64,000 nt of DNA from an uncultured Acidobacteriaceae bacterium (GTDB lineage: Bacteria; Acidobacteriota; Terriglobia; Terriglobales; Acidobacteriaceae): contig CAWBSN010000026.1 of the NCBI GenBank assembly GCA_963791445.1, positions 22,635-86,634 on the forward strand. Reading direction: 5' to 3'. The translations under genes and the position numbers were made by a program. The notes under the pieces were generated by a model. That model was not told the origin of the DNA and searched no databases. It was given only the letters and a program-made list of their open reading frames with translations. Numbering within the stretch: the first letter of the stretch is position 1; each line of letters begins with the position of its first letter. This document shows positions 19,685 through 30,347 of this stretch, piece after piece.

Positions 19685-19715
19685 AAATTGCCCAATTACA
19701 AAATTGCTAAATTAC
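19685..19715 (+). promoter_or_regulatory. Two tandem 15-nt partially palindromic units upstream of clpB
   Basis: AAATTGCCCAATTAC (19685-19699) and AAATTGCTAAATTAC (19701-19715). Each contains AATTG-NN-(C/A)AATT. They lie 24-54 nt before the clpB ATG. Confidence 0.4.
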
Positions 19716-19738
19716 CAAATGATGATCAGGAGTCTCCC

Positions 19739-22388
19739 ATGCCCATCCGTTGGGATAAATTCACCGTAAAAGCACAGGAAGCCATCCAGCGCGCCAATAA
19801 TCTCGCCTCCGAAAATGGCAATCCCGAGATGCTGCCCATCCACCTGCTCGCCGCGCTGCTCGAAGACAAAGAAGGCATCGTCGCGCCCGTGCTCGAAAAA
19901 ATCGGCATCGGCCCGCAGGCAGTTCTCAGCGACCTCTATCGCGAGATCGAGAAACTCCCCAAGGTCTCCGGAGAAGCAGCCCAGGCCACGCTCTCGAACG
20001 CCACCAACAAGCTGCTCGAGCAAGCCTTCAAAGAGGCTTCCAATTTCAAGGACGAGTACGTTTCCACCGAACACCTGCTGCTCGCCATCACGCATCTCAA
20101 GCAGGACGCGGCCCAGCAGATTCTCGCGCGTCACGGCGCCACGCACGATGCAATTCTGAAAGCACTAACTGCCGTCCGCGGTTCGCAGAAAGTCACCGAC
20201 CAGAATCCCGAAGCCAAATATCAGGCTCTCGAACGCTACGCCCGCGATCTGACCGAACAGGCCCGCCGCGGCAAGCTCGACCCAGTGATCGGCCGCGACG
20301 AAGAAATCCGCCGCGTGGTCCAGGTTCTCTCCCGCCGCACGAAAAATAATCCCGTGTTAATCGGCGAACCCGGCGTCGGTAAAACGGCCATCGTCGAAGG
20401 CCTCGCCCAGCGCATCATTTCAGGCGATGTGCCCGAAGTTCTCAAGAACAAACGCGTAGTCGCACTCGACCTGGGAGCGATGCTGGCCGGAGCGAAATAT
20501 CGCGGCGAATTCGAAGACCGCCTCAAGGCTGTCTTGAAAGAGATCGAAGACTCGCAGGGCCAGGTCATTCTCTTCATCGACGAACTGCACACCCTGGTCG
20601 GCGCCGGAGCCGCTGAAGGCGCCATCGACGCCTCCAACATGCTGAAGCCCGCGCTGGCTCGTGGCGAACTGCGCGCCATCGGCGCCACCACGCTCAACGA
20701 ATATCGCAAATACATCGAAAAAGACGCCGCCCTCGAACGCCGCTTCCAGATTGTTTTTGTCGGCGAGCCTAATGTCGAGGACACCATCGCCATTCTTCGC
20801 GGTCTGAAGGAGAAATACGAGGTGCATCATGGCGTGCGCATAAAAGACTCGGCGATCGTCGCCGCCGCTACGCTTTCGCATCGCTATATCTCCGACCGAT
20901 TTCTGCCTGACAAGGCCATCGACCTGGTCGACGAAGCCGCCGCCTCAATTCGCATCCAGATCGATTCGCTTCCGACCGATATCGATCAGCTCGAGCGCCG
21001 CGCCACGCAGCTCGAAATCGAGAAGCAGGCGCTGAAAAAGGAGGACGATGCCAACTCCCGCGAGCGTCTATCCGTCATCGAAAAGGAACTCGCCGGCATC
21101 CGCGAGAAATCTACTGCCCTCAAAGCCAATTGGAAAAAGGAAAAGGATCTGATCGCCCGCTCGCGCGAGCTGAAAGAGAAAATCGAGAAGCTCAAGATCG
21201 AAGAGCAGGCCGAAGAGCGCAAAGGCAACCTGCAGCGCGTCGCCGAAATCCGCTACGGATTGCTGCGGCAAGCCGAAGAAGAGTTAAAGCAACTGTCGGC
21301 CAAAATCGACAACAAAGCCGCAGGCGCGCCGCGCATGCTGAAAGAAGAAGTCGACGAAGAAGATATCGCCCGCATCGTCTCCAAGTGGACCGGCATCCCC
21401 GTCTCGAAAATGCTCGAAGGCGAGGTGAAAAAGCTGGTCACCATGGAAGACCGCCTGCGCCACCGCGTCATCGGCCAGGACCAGGCTCTCGAGCGCGTCT
21501 CCAACGCCATTCGCCGCTCCCGCGCCGGACTCAGCGACCCCAAGCGCCCCATCGGCTCGTTTATTTTTCTCGGTCCAACCGGCGTCGGCAAAACCGAACT
21601 CGCCCGCGCTCTCGCTGAATTTCTTTTCGACGACGAGCGCGCCCTGCTGCGCATCGACATGTCCGAATACATGGAGAAGCATTCGGTCGCCCGCTTGATC
21701 GGCGCGCCTCCGGGCTACGTCGGCTATGAAGAAGGCGGCCAACTCACTGAGCAGGTGCGCCGCCGTCCCTACGCGGTAGTGCTGTTCGATGAAATCGAGA
21801 AGGCGCACCCCGACGTCTTCAACGTTCTGCTGCAGGTGATGGACGACGGCCGCCTCACCGACGGCAAAGGCCGCGTCGTGGACTTCAAGAACACGATTCT
21901 GATCATGACCTCGAACATCGGATCGAGCTATCTGCAAGCCGAAAACCTGCGTACCCCGGAAGACTTCGAGAAGGCCAGCGAACAGGTGATGAACGCGCTG
22001 CACGGCCACTTCCGGCCCGAGTTTCTGAACCGCGTCGACGACATCATCGTCTTCGCGCCGCTCGGCAAAGAACAGCTGGTCAAGATTATCGAGCTGCGCC
22101 TCGAAGACGTGCGCCGCCTGCTGGCCGATCGCAAGATTTCGATCGAACTCATCCGACGCTGCCAAGGACATGCTCTTCACCCAAGGCTACGACGCGAACT
22201 TCGGCGCCCGTCCGCTGAAGCGCGCCATCCAGAAGCTGGTGCAGGATCCGCTGGCTCTCAAGATTTTGGACGGAGAAATCCTGCACGGCGACCACGTCAT
22301 CATCGATGCCGACAAGAAAGCCGGCAAGATGAAATTCGAAGTCAGCAAGCGTGTAGGAGAAAAAGAGCCAGTAAAGGCGAAGCGATAA
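19739..22388 (+). CDS. clpB: ATP-dependent chaperone ClpB, one frame break near 22152
   Basis: ATG 19739 follows AGGAG. Clp N-domain, two AAA+ modules ([16 protein letters not shown]) and the coiled-coil middle domain. …[10 protein letters not shown] then [27 protein letters not shown]… is read after dropping one base at about 22152. Confidence 0.95.
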
Positions 22389-22402
22389 AACGAAATCGAA
22401 AT

Positions 22403-22429
22403 GTCACCCCGAGCAAAGCGGGGGATCTT
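22403..22429 (+). repeat. Short (hairpin-less) GTCAYCC-type repeat
   Basis: GTCACCCCGAGCAAAGCGGGGGATCTT. Compare 62286-62311. Confidence 0.6.
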
Positions 22430-22475
22430 CGTGTTTGCTCGCATCAACAACACAGGGTGCCACAAGCGGAAACCA

Positions 22476-22501
22476 GGATCCCTCGCTGCGCTCGGGATGA
22501 C
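22476..22501 (-). repeat. Short GTCATCC-type repeat, inverted orientation
   Basis: The reverse complement reads GTCATCCCGAGCGCAGCGAGGGATCC. It forms an inverted pair with 22403-22429. Confidence 0.6.
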
Positions 22502-22521
22502 AGCGTTTCACGGATCGCTGC

Positions 22522-22932
22522 CTACTTTCGCACGAAAGCTTCCATCACCTCAGGCGATGCGGCCAGGAGCCACGCGATCACCACCCGCGCCATGATCTGG
22601 ACGCCGTAAAACCAGAAGCGCCAGGTCAGATCCCTCGCTGCCGCAGAAACCGCCGGCACCGATCCCGCAATTCCGATGACCATGATGACAATCGCGCACC
22701 AGCGCGCCCAATTGCTCAGCCGATAAAGGCCCCAGCCCACCAGTGCCCAACCGGCGCCAACGGAGATGGCCGTCTGCGGCCCGGTCAGTTCTCGCCCGTA
22801 CGTCACGCCCGTTCCCAGCGTCCTTGAAAGTGTGCCAGGCGCTACCAATTCGATGATGCCGATCGTAGCAAGATATCCCGCGACCAGAAAAAACAGAGCC
22901 GCGATCACGGTGACACTGGCCGGGCGCTCCAT
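22522..22932 (-). CDS. Hypothetical integral membrane protein
   Basis: 136 aa with about 4 hydrophobic segments. No family recognised. Confidence 0.5.
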   Translation of the reverse strand: MERPASVTVIAALFFLVAGYLATIGIIELVAPGTLSRTLGTGVTYGRELTGPQTAISVGAGWALVGWGLYRLSNWARWCAIVIMVIGIAGSVPAVSAAARDLTWRFWFYGVQIMARVVIAWLLAASPEVMEAFVRK

Positions 22933-22996
22933 AGCGATGAGAGTACCGCAGTTTCGCCGAAGAAGTGTCAGTTAGATCTGTGGCAAACTACACTCC

Positions 22997-23836
22997 ATGC
23001 CCAGCCTCACTCTCGGCGACTTCGAACTCAGCATCTTCTCCGACGGCACTTACCCGCTCGACGGTGGCGCATTCTTCGGGGTCGTCCCCAAAGTGATGTG
23101 GTCGCGCAAAGTAAACGCTGACGAGAGGAATTACGTCCAGGCCGGCCTCAACTCGCTGCTCATCCGCACCGGCAAGCAAACGGTGCTGGTAGAAACCGGC
23201 ATGGGCAACAAGCTGTCAGAGCGCATGATCAAATTCTACGGCCAGCCCGCAAAGCTGCTCGCAAATCTCAGCGGTGCCGGGGTCGCTCCCGAAGATATCG
23301 ATATCGTCATCAATACCCACCTGCACTTCGACCACTGCGGCTGGAACACCGTCCGCGGCAAAGACGGCAAGATCGTCCCCACATTTCCGCGCGCAAAATA
23401 CTACGCGCCGGAAGGCGAATGGCAATATGCCCGCCGTCCCAGCGAGCGCGACGCCATCAGCTACATCCCCGAAAACTACGATCCGCTTGTCGAAAGCGGC
23501 CAGATGACGCTGCTCAAAGGCGGCGAAGAAATCGTCCCCGGCATCTCAGTGAAAACTTTCCCCGGCCACACCGCCCACATGCAAGCCGTAATCGTCGAAA
23601 GCGCAGGCCGCACCGCCTGCTACATCTCCGATCTCATCCCCACGACCGCACACATCGACCTGACCTGGGGAATGTCCTTCGACCTCTACCCGCTGCAGAC
23701 CATCGAGAGCAAGAAGCAGTACTACGCGAAAGCGATCCCCGAGAAATGGCTGACGGTCTTTACGCATGATGCGAAAGTCCCGTGGGCGTATGTGGAGAAA
23801 GATGAAACCGGGAAGATGGTAGCAAGGTCGGCCTAG
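22997..23836 (+). CDS. MBL-fold metallo-hydrolase
   Basis: INTHLHFDHCGW (HxHxDH) motif; 279 aa. Confidence 0.85.
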   Translation: MPSLTLGDFELSIFSDGTYPLDGGAFFGVVPKVMWSRKVNADERNYVQAGLNSLLIRTGKQTVLVETGMGNKLSERMIKFYGQPAKLLANLSGAGVAPEDIDIVINTHLHFDHCGWNTVRGKDGKIVPTFPRAKYYAPEGEWQYARRPSERDAISYIPENYDPLVESGQMTLLKGGEEIVPGISVKTFPGHTAHMQAVIVESAGRTACYISDLIPTTAHIDLTWGMSFDLYPLQTIESKKQYYAKAIPEKWLTVFTHDAKVPWAYVEKDETGKMVARSA

Positions 23837-24960
23837 ACCGTCTCGCGGATGAGAGCCTGCCCCGAGCCTGCCGAAGGGACGCTACATAGCCTCGCTTCGA
23901 AGAATTCCTCGACCCGCCCCAGAATCTCCACCGCACTCTTCGACTCGTAGATCGCCTTGCGAAGCGCCGCTCCGCCAGGCACGCCGTGCGTGAACCACGA
24001 AGCGAACTGCTTCATCTTGCCGACGGCGTCCGGCAGTTCTTCTTCAATCAGCATCTGGAAGTAGGTGCGGATCATCTGGTAACGATCGGCCTCGGAGGGC
24101 TCGTCGTAGGATTTGGAAGCTGCCCCCGCGTCAGCTTTTTCCATGCCCGCGCAATACTGCTGAATCTGCCGAAAGATCCACGGATTCGACGGCGCAGTCC
24201 GTCCAATCATCACCGCATCGCATCCAGTCTGCGCGACCATGGCACAGGCGTCCTCAGGCGTGCGGATGTCGCCATTGCCGATCACCGGAATCTTCACCGC
24301 GTCTTTGATCGCCGCAATCCACTCCCAGCGAGCGTTCCCGCTATAGCCTTGTTCCCGAGTCCGCGCATGCAACGCAACCGCCGCCAGTCCGCACGATTCC
24401 GCCATCCGCGCCAGCTCTACGCAAACGATCTCGTCGTCGCTCCATCCCGCGCGAAACTTCACCGTGAACGGAACCTTCACCGCGGCTCGCACCGCCTCAA
24501 AAATCCGGCCAATCGCCGGCAGATCGCGCAGCAATCCGGAGCCTCCGTTGCACTTCACGACTTTCTTCGCCGGACATCCCAGGTTCAAATCGACCAGGTC
24601 GAAGCCCAGGCCCTCGACCATGCGAGCCGCCTCCGCCATCACCAGCGGATTACTGCCAAAAAGCTGCGCCGAGATGGGATGCTCGTCTTCATAGAAATGG
24701 AGGTAGCGCTTGGCCTTCTCGTCCTTCTTGCGGAGCACGCCATCGGCCGAGGTGAACTCGGTCATGATCAGCCCACAGCCACCCAGGTTGCGTATGAACC
24801 GCCGGAACACCGTGTCAGTAACTCCGGCCATCGGCGCCAGCACAGTGGCGGGCGCAATGTTGATTTTGCCGATGGATACGCTGGCGGGGACCGGCTTCAG
24901 ACCCTCTACCTGGCGGACAACCGTGCCCGCCCCACCCGAGTTGTCCCAGGACTTGCGCAC
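23833..24960 (-). CDS. dusB: tRNA-dihydrouridine synthase (DusB-like)
   Basis: …LAPMAGVTDTVFR…, the TIM-barrel Dus core and a C-terminal helical domain. GTG start at 24960 is uncertain. The last codons run into a repeat module. Confidence 0.8.
   Translation of the reverse strand: MRKSWDNSGGAGTVVRQVEGLKPVPASVSIGKINIAPATVLAPMAGVTDTVFRRFIRNLGGCGLIMTEFTSADGVLRKKDEKAKRYLHFYEDEHPISAQLFGSNPLVMAEAARMVEGLGFDLVDLNLGCPAKKVVKCNGGSGLLRDLPAIGRIFEAVRAAVKVPFTVKFRAGWSDDEIVCVELARMAESCGLAAVALHARTREQGYSGNARWEWIAAIKDAVKIPVIGNGDIRTPEDACAMVAQTGCDAVMIGRTAPSNPWIFRQIQQYCAGMEKADAGAASKSYDEPSEADRYQMIRTYFQMLIEEELPDAVGKMKQFASWFTHGVPGGAALRKAIYESKSAVEILGRVEEFFEARLCSVPSAGSGQALIRETV
23853..23879 (+). repeat. GAGCCTGCCC-type 27-nt repeat module (variant), overlapping the dusB 3' end
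   Basis: GAGCCTGCCCCGAGCCTGCCGAAGGGA. Related to 33027, 37458 and 53226. Confidence 0.5.
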
Positions 24961-24995
24961 AGATCTATTCTACTTGCCCCTGTCTACTTGCCCCC

Positions 24996-25028
24996 GCAAA
25001 ACAAAGCCCTCGCCGATGGGCGAGGGCT
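24996..25028 (-). terminator. Intrinsic terminator of rpmE
   Basis: Perfect 10-bp stem AGCCCTCGCC-GATG-GGCGAGGGCT (25005-25028), followed on the minus strand by TTGTTTTG. Confidence 0.6.
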
Positions 25029-25076
25029 GAGTTTACAGGGTATCCGCGTTAATCCGAGCAAATCCGTCGCAAAGAC

Positions 25077-25316
25077 TTAGTTCTTCGCGGCGGTCTCGAC
25101 GGCCTTAGCCGGCGCGTTCTTGGCGTACTTGCGGCGGAAGCGCTCTACTCGTCCGGCAGTATCCATCAGCTTCTGCTTGCCGGTAAAGAAGGGATGGCAG
25201 GCCGAGCAGATTTCTACGCTGATATCACCCTTATGGGTGGACCGGGTAACAAACGCATTGCCGCACGCGCAATGGACGCGCACTTCGTTATAAGCGGGAT
25301 GAATAGCAGGTTTCAT
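25077..25316 (-). CDS. rpmE: 50S ribosomal protein L31
   Basis: [22 protein letters not shown]…[13 protein letters not shown]…. Confidence 0.95.
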   Translation of the reverse strand: MKPAIHPAYNEVRVHCACGNAFVTRSTHKGDISVEICSACHPFFTGKQKLMDTAGRVERFRRKYAKNAPAKAVETAAKN

Positions 25317-25405
25317 ATAGGTTCAGACCTCAACACGAATCCTTAGATTCTACCGGAATGCCCGGGGATTCAGCAATCCGGACGCCCGAGCCGTATTCGA
25401 GTTCA

Positions 25406-25439
25406 AAAGCTGAGAGCTGACGGCTGAAAGCTGAGAGCT
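25406..25439 (+). repeat. Direct repeat AAAGCTGAGAGCT x2
   Basis: Copies at 25406-25418 and 25427-25439, separated by GACGGCTG. Intergenic, between rpmE and the outer-membrane protein gene. Confidence 0.5.
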
Positions 25440-25441
25440 CT

Positions 25442-28189
25442 CTAGAAGCGGAACTGGTAGGAAACCTTAACAAAGAACTGCCGGCTGTCGTTGATATAGC
25501 CCTTCGCGGTGTACAGCCCCGCCAGACCTTCGGGGCCCGGCGCAAACTCACGATCCAGGTTCTGCAGGTCGCTGTTGTAGCCCACATAAATCGCCGTCCC
25601 AGGATGCACCAGGTAAGTGACCAGAACATCGGCATTGAACTGCTTCTGCGTCGGCAGGTAGGTGTACAAGTAGAACGGTATGGGTTGGCCGGAGGGTTCG
25701 GCAGGTAGAACTGGCTGCCCGGCGTGTTCGCCAGAACTGAGTTGTACTGCAGAATCACTCGCAGCGAAAGTTGCGGCGTAAACTGCCAGTTCCACTTGCT
25801 GCGCACAATGTGGTTGTTGAAAATGCCTTTCCCGATGGGCAAGCCCGGCGTCGTGGACTGAGCAACCTCTGAAAGCGCAAAAAGATATTCGTTCTCCGTC
25901 GCCCGCAAACGCTCAAACAGATAAGTGTTTTCAATCTTCAACGGCTTGATGGGACGGAACGTCAACGTCGCCGAGCCCGTGTCCAACCGCGAAAGAAGAG
26001 ACTGCGGCAGCGCGTTCTGCAGAGGCAGCGGCAGCTCAGTCGTCGCCGGCACGAAGTTCGCTCCGTCTCCCCAGTAGTAGTTCGCCACCAACGTCACCTT
26101 CGGAAAGTAGCTCGTCTGGAATGAAGCCCCGCTGCGGTGTTCGTGATAGTCCTGGTTATGGTTTACGGACAAACCAAGAAAGAGAAAATCCTGCGGCCGC
26201 AACCGCTCCCGCAATTCCTGGTAAGGAAGCAGATAGATTACCGTCTGTCCTCGTCCTTGAATCGCCAGGTAAGGATCGTAATATGTGTCGAGCCGATTGC
26301 CTTCATGATCGAATACATAGCGCTGGTTCAGCGACGGTCCCCAGTCCACGATCCAGCCCTTCTTCGGACGGAAGCGGTAGTCAATCATGTGGTAAAGATC
26401 GCGGATGTCCACGCGGTTCACGAATCCGGGCACAGTTACGAACCCCGGACTGATGTCGTCATAAATTCCTTCATAGGAAAAGTGCAGCCCTTCGCGCTTC
26501 AGATCCAGCTTGTCCGCTGGTCCCGCATAATAGTTGCCGTTGCTTAGGTTGCCATTGCTGGCATTGCCGGAGCTGAATGGGAACAGGTTGTACTCGCAGG
26601 TGGTTTCCGGGTTGCCGTAAAAGTAGGCATTGAGTCCCTGCAAGTTGCTCGAACTTACCACCCCCTGACCTTCCAGGGTCCAGTTGGCATTGAACTTCAA
26701 GCGCGCGTCCAGGCCGCCCACGCGGTTAAACTCGCCGGTCGTCGGGCACTCCCAATCGGTGTAAACCGCTCCCACACTCGACTGCTTGAAAATGTCGCGG
26801 CTCACTCGCGCAATTGTGAAGTACGACCGGTCGCCGTAGAGACTGTCTGAACAGATCGGGGAGGTAGCCGGGCAAAAGCTTGGCACGGCCAGCCCCGGCG
26901 CGCGGTCATCGCTCGTCATCAGCCCCACCGAATATGGCCCTTCTTTTCCGGTCAGCCGGATTCCCGCCGAAGGGTCCTGAATATTGCGCGTGAAAAACAA
27001 ATCGAAAGGCGTGCGAAAGTAGTCTTCGTTCTCCAGAAAGAACGGCCGCTTCTCCGGAAAATACACTTCGAAACGCTGATTCACCGTGATCTGCGGATCC
27101 TCCGATTCCACCTGGCTGAAATCAGGATTCGCCGTCAGATCCAGCACAAAGTGGTCATGGATCACGAACTTCGCGTCCATGCCCGCCTGTCCCTGCGCCG
27201 CCGCACTCTGAAAGAACGGATTGTAGGGATCGACGGTGTCCAGCGACCGGAAGCCGCGCATGATTCCATAAGGAATCAGCTCGATTCGACGCCCCGGCGA
27301 AATTCCTTCCAGCCCATACAGCGTCGCCGCCTGCCCCAGCCGTCCTTGCACCCTGGATGAAATCTCCGGCCAGAACGAATCCTCATTCTTGCGAACGATT
27401 CCGCGATACAGAATGATTCCCCACTCCTGCTGTTTCGTCGCTGGAAAGCGCAAACTCTTGAACGGAATCGCCATCCACACCACAAAGCCGCGGCTGGTTA
27501 CCTTGCCCCGCGAATCCCATACCGTGTCCCACGAGGTATCCAAGTTCCCGCCGAGTCTCGTCCCGTGACGCCTCGGTGTAGATCGCATCCCACTGCACCC
27601 CTAGCGGCGTGGTCTGAAATTCATAGGCGCGGCGCCGGTCATGAAACGTATCGAACATGACCGCGACTTCATCGTCGTCCGCAATATCTTCCCGCGGCGA
27701 CATTCGCGCCCGCACCTTCTTCGGATCGTCGAAACATACAAACACGACGTACAGATTCTTCTGGTCGTAGCCCAGATAGGCTGCGGTCTCTTCTGAAACT
27801 TTCTCTCCATCGTGCGGATTGCGTTGCACGAAGCCCGTCACCTTCGCCATCTGCAAAGCGATCTCGCCCTCGGGTTTCATGCCCAGGAAGTCTTCCAGCG
27901 CAGGCGCGCGGCTCAAACGCGGAATGGTCAGCGCCGGAGGAGCAAGCGCGTGCCCAGCAGGCGACACTTGCGGACTCCGGGTGATGGGTTGAGTCGATGG
28001 CGGCGGAGTGGGCTGAGGATTTTGTCCGGCGGGATCTTGGGGCACGGGCGCTGCAGTCTGCGCTGCTAGCTCTGCGGTGCGGCCGCGCCCCGCGCACACT
28101 CCACCACTCCCGGCAGCGTCAGCGCACCTGCCAGCAGAAACCTCAGAAACCTTTTGGATGAAAAGACGCCGAATTCGCCCCGAACGCAA
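25442..28189 (-). CDS. Large DUF5916/CBM9-like outer-membrane protein, at least 2 frame breaks
   Basis: The N-terminal region (…FVQRNPHDGEKVSEETAAYLGYDQKNLYVVFVCFDD…FDTFHDRRRAYEF) resembles CBM9/DUF5916. It continues GNLDTSWDTVWDSRGKV… after a break near 27545-27556. The C-terminal beta-strand end …YINDSRQFFVKVSYQFRF is reached after a break near 25682-25688. The start and signal-peptide region (28080-28250) are unclear. Confidence 0.6.
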
Positions 28190-28347
28190 AGTGCCCTCGG
28201 CTCCCCGTCTCTAACGAGGAATTCAGCAAGATACACCATGAGCGTGCCTCCTGAAAAAGAAAGGCGCTGCTCTAAGGTTTACCGAACAGTGTCAGGGCTG
28301 GGTTTAAGCCGGTTCGTGGATTCAGAACGTGGATTTAGAACATCGAT

Positions 28348-29424
28348 TCAGAACAACGAACTCTGCCGCCGGCTCGGCGTAATCCCAAAATGCTCGTAGG
28401 CCAGCTGCGTCGCCACGCGCCCGCGCGGAGTGCGGTTCAAAAACCCAATCTGCATCAGAAACGGCTCGTAAATCTCTTCAATCGCGTCCGGCTCCTCGGC
28501 CAGCACCGCCGCCAGCGTATTCACGCCCACCGGCCCGCCCTGATATTTCTCGATAATGGTCAGCAGCAAACGCCGGTCCACTTCGTCGAACCCATATTTA
28601 TCCACTTCCAGCATCTGCAGCGCCGCCTGCGCCGTAGGCAAATCGATTTTGCCCGCTCCGCGCACCTGCGCATAGTCGCGCACCCGCCGCAGCAGCCGGT
28701 TCGCAATGCGCGGCGTTCCCCGCGACCGGCTGGCAATCTCAATCGCCCCCGCGTCGTCAACCTGAACTCCCAGAATCTCCGCCGAACGCTCCACGATCAC
28801 GCGCAACTCTTCCGGAGTATAAAACTCCAGCCGCAGCACGATCCCAAATCGCGACCGCAGCGGCGCTGAAATCAATCCCGCCCGCGTAGTCGCGCCCACA
28901 AATGTAAACGGCTTCACTTCGAGAGTGTGCGTGCGCGCCGAAGGCCCCTGCCCGATAATAATGTCGAGCTTGTAATCTTCCAGCGCCGAATACAGCAGCT
29001 CTTCGAGCACCGGCTGCAGCCGGTGAATCTCATCGATGAACAGGACTTGCTTGTCCTGCATGTTGGTGATGATCGCCGTCAGGTCGCCTTTGATCTGCAG
29101 CAGCGGCGCCGCCGTAGGCTGAAAGTGCACTCCGAGTTCATTGGCAATAATGTTAGCCAGCGTAGTCTTGCCCAGCCCCGGAGGCCCATACAGCAGCACA
29201 TGGTCCATGGCTTCGCCGCGCGACCGCGCCGCCTCAATCGCCACCGCCAGATTTTCTTTTACCTTGGTCTGCCCGATAAACTCGCCCAGCCGTTGCGGCC
29301 GCAGCTTCAGCTCAAACGAAGAATCATCTTCCACGGGCGCGGCAGACACCAGCCGCTCAGGACTGTAATTCAGGTTGGGATTGTTTCTAGCAGTAGCCAC
29401 TCGCCGGATGTTACCACGAACCAT
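28348..29424 (-). CDS. ruvB: Holliday junction branch-migration ATPase RuvB
   Basis: …[12 protein letters not shown]…[14 protein letters not shown]…FIDEIHRL…. Confidence 0.95.
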   Translation of the reverse strand: MVRGNIRRVATARNNPNLNYSPERLVSAAPVEDDSSFELKLRPQRLGEFIGQTKVKENLAVAIEAARSRGEAMDHVLLYGPPGLGKTTLANIIANELGVHFQPTAAPLLQIKGDLTAIITNMQDKQVLFIDEIHRLQPVLEELLYSALEDYKLDIIIGQGPSARTHTLEVKPFTFVGATTRAGLISAPLRSRFGIVLRLEFYTPEELRVIVERSAEILGVQVDDAGAIEIASRSRGTPRIANRLLRRVRDYAQVRGAGKIDLPTAQAALQMLEVDKYGFDEVDRRLLLTIIEKYQGGPVGVNTLAAVLAEEPDAIEEIYEPFLMQIGFLNRTPRGRVATQLAYEHFGITPSRRQSSLF

Positions 29425-29476
29425 GTGGGGACAGCCGCCTTCGGCTGTCCAGGCCGAAGCGCAGCGAGGCTTGCTC
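29422..29476 (+). repeat. CATGTGGGGACAGCCG-CCTT-CGGCTGTCC hairpin repeat
   Basis: Perfect 9-bp stem GGACAGCCG/CGGCTGTCC. Its CAT supplies the annotated ruvB ATG on the other strand. Confidence 0.7.
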
Positions 29477-29483
29477 TTGTTTC

Positions 29484-30209
29484 CTACTTGGGATACCAGT
29501 CCAGCACCCGCACCTCAATCCCAGTCCCTTCCAGCGCTTTTTGAAACACGGCGAGATCCGATCCGCGATAGTGATAAGGAATGACAATCTTCGGATGAAA
29601 CGCCTTGACCGCATCAGCCGCCTCTTCCGGCGGCATGGTATAAGGCAGATTCATGCACACAAACGCCACATCAATGTTCTTAAGCGCGCGCATCTCCGGC
29701 ACGCCCTCGGTATCACCGGAAAAATAAAACCGCTTGCCGCCGTAGGTGAGCACGTAACCATTCCCGCGCCCCTTGTCGTGAAAGAATTTCCCCGGAGCGG
29801 GGCCGCGCTTCAGGTTGTAGGCCGCGATAGCCTCAATCGTCCACCCCTGCCAGTTCTTCGTTTCTCCATTAGCAATGGGCTTCGCGCTGGTAACAGTCGC
29901 GACCACCGCCGGCGCCGCCAGAATCTCCGTCTCCGCCTTGCTGATCTCCTTAATCGAGTCGGGGTCCATGTGATCGCCATGAATGTCGGTGATCAGAATC
30001 AGGTCAGCCTTCGGCAGCCCCGCCAATTTCGCAGGTTTGGCAGGATCAAGATAGATGACCTTCCCGCCCGCCTCAATCAGCGTGCTGGCGTGATACAGCG
30101 GAGTAATCTTCACCGGCCCGGCCGATGTAGAAAAGACTTGAGTGTCGGCAGCACGCGCAAGCGTCGCCGAAGCAATAAGAGAGCAAATAAGAACCAATAC
30201 AAGTTTCAT
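29484..30209 (-). CDS. Secreted MBL-fold metallo-hydrolase
   Basis: Signal peptide [20 protein letters not shown] and a …[10 protein letters not shown] motif. Confidence 0.8.
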   Translation of the reverse strand: MKLVLVLICSLIASATLARAADTQVFSTSAGPVKITPLYHASTLIEAGGKVIYLDPAKPAKLAGLPKADLILITDIHGDHMDPDSIKEISKAETEILAAPAVVATVTSAKPIANGETKNWQGWTIEAIAAYNLKRGPAPGKFFHDKGRGNGYVLTYGGKRFYFSGDTEGVPEMRALKNIDVAFVCMNLPYTMPPEEAADAVKAFHPKIVIPYHYRGSDLAVFQKALEGTGIEVRVLDWYPK

Positions 30210-30235
30210 GATTGACCTCGCGTTCTCCCCACATT

Positions 30236-30294
30236 GTCATCCTGAGCGAAGCATGAGCACCTGAAAGGCGGTCATGCGCAGTCGAAGGATCCCT
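30236..30294 (+). repeat. GTCATCC-type hairpin repeat
   Basis: GTCATCCTGAGCGAAG-CATGAGCACC-TGAAA-GGCGGTCATG-CGCAGTCGAAGGATCCCT. Confidence 0.8.
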
Positions 30295-30347
30295 ACAGCT
30301 CCAACCGCGCCCAGCGATCTAAGGCGTTTCTCCCGTGCAGCGCGCCT

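Noticed and set aside
19665-19700. A sigma32-type heat-shock promoter upstream of clpB (CTTGCCC…CCCAATTA).
   Set aside because: The spacer is only 11 nt against the usual 13-15, and both hexamers are weak. It is kept only as a remark within the clpB upstream finding.
28066-28250. A signal-peptide-like stretch (…KRFLRFLLAGALTLPGVVECARG…) in a third frame upstream of the DUF5916-like gene.
   Set aside because: It would need one or two further frame changes and has no clear start codon. It is plausible given the indel rate but not supportable from the sequence alone.
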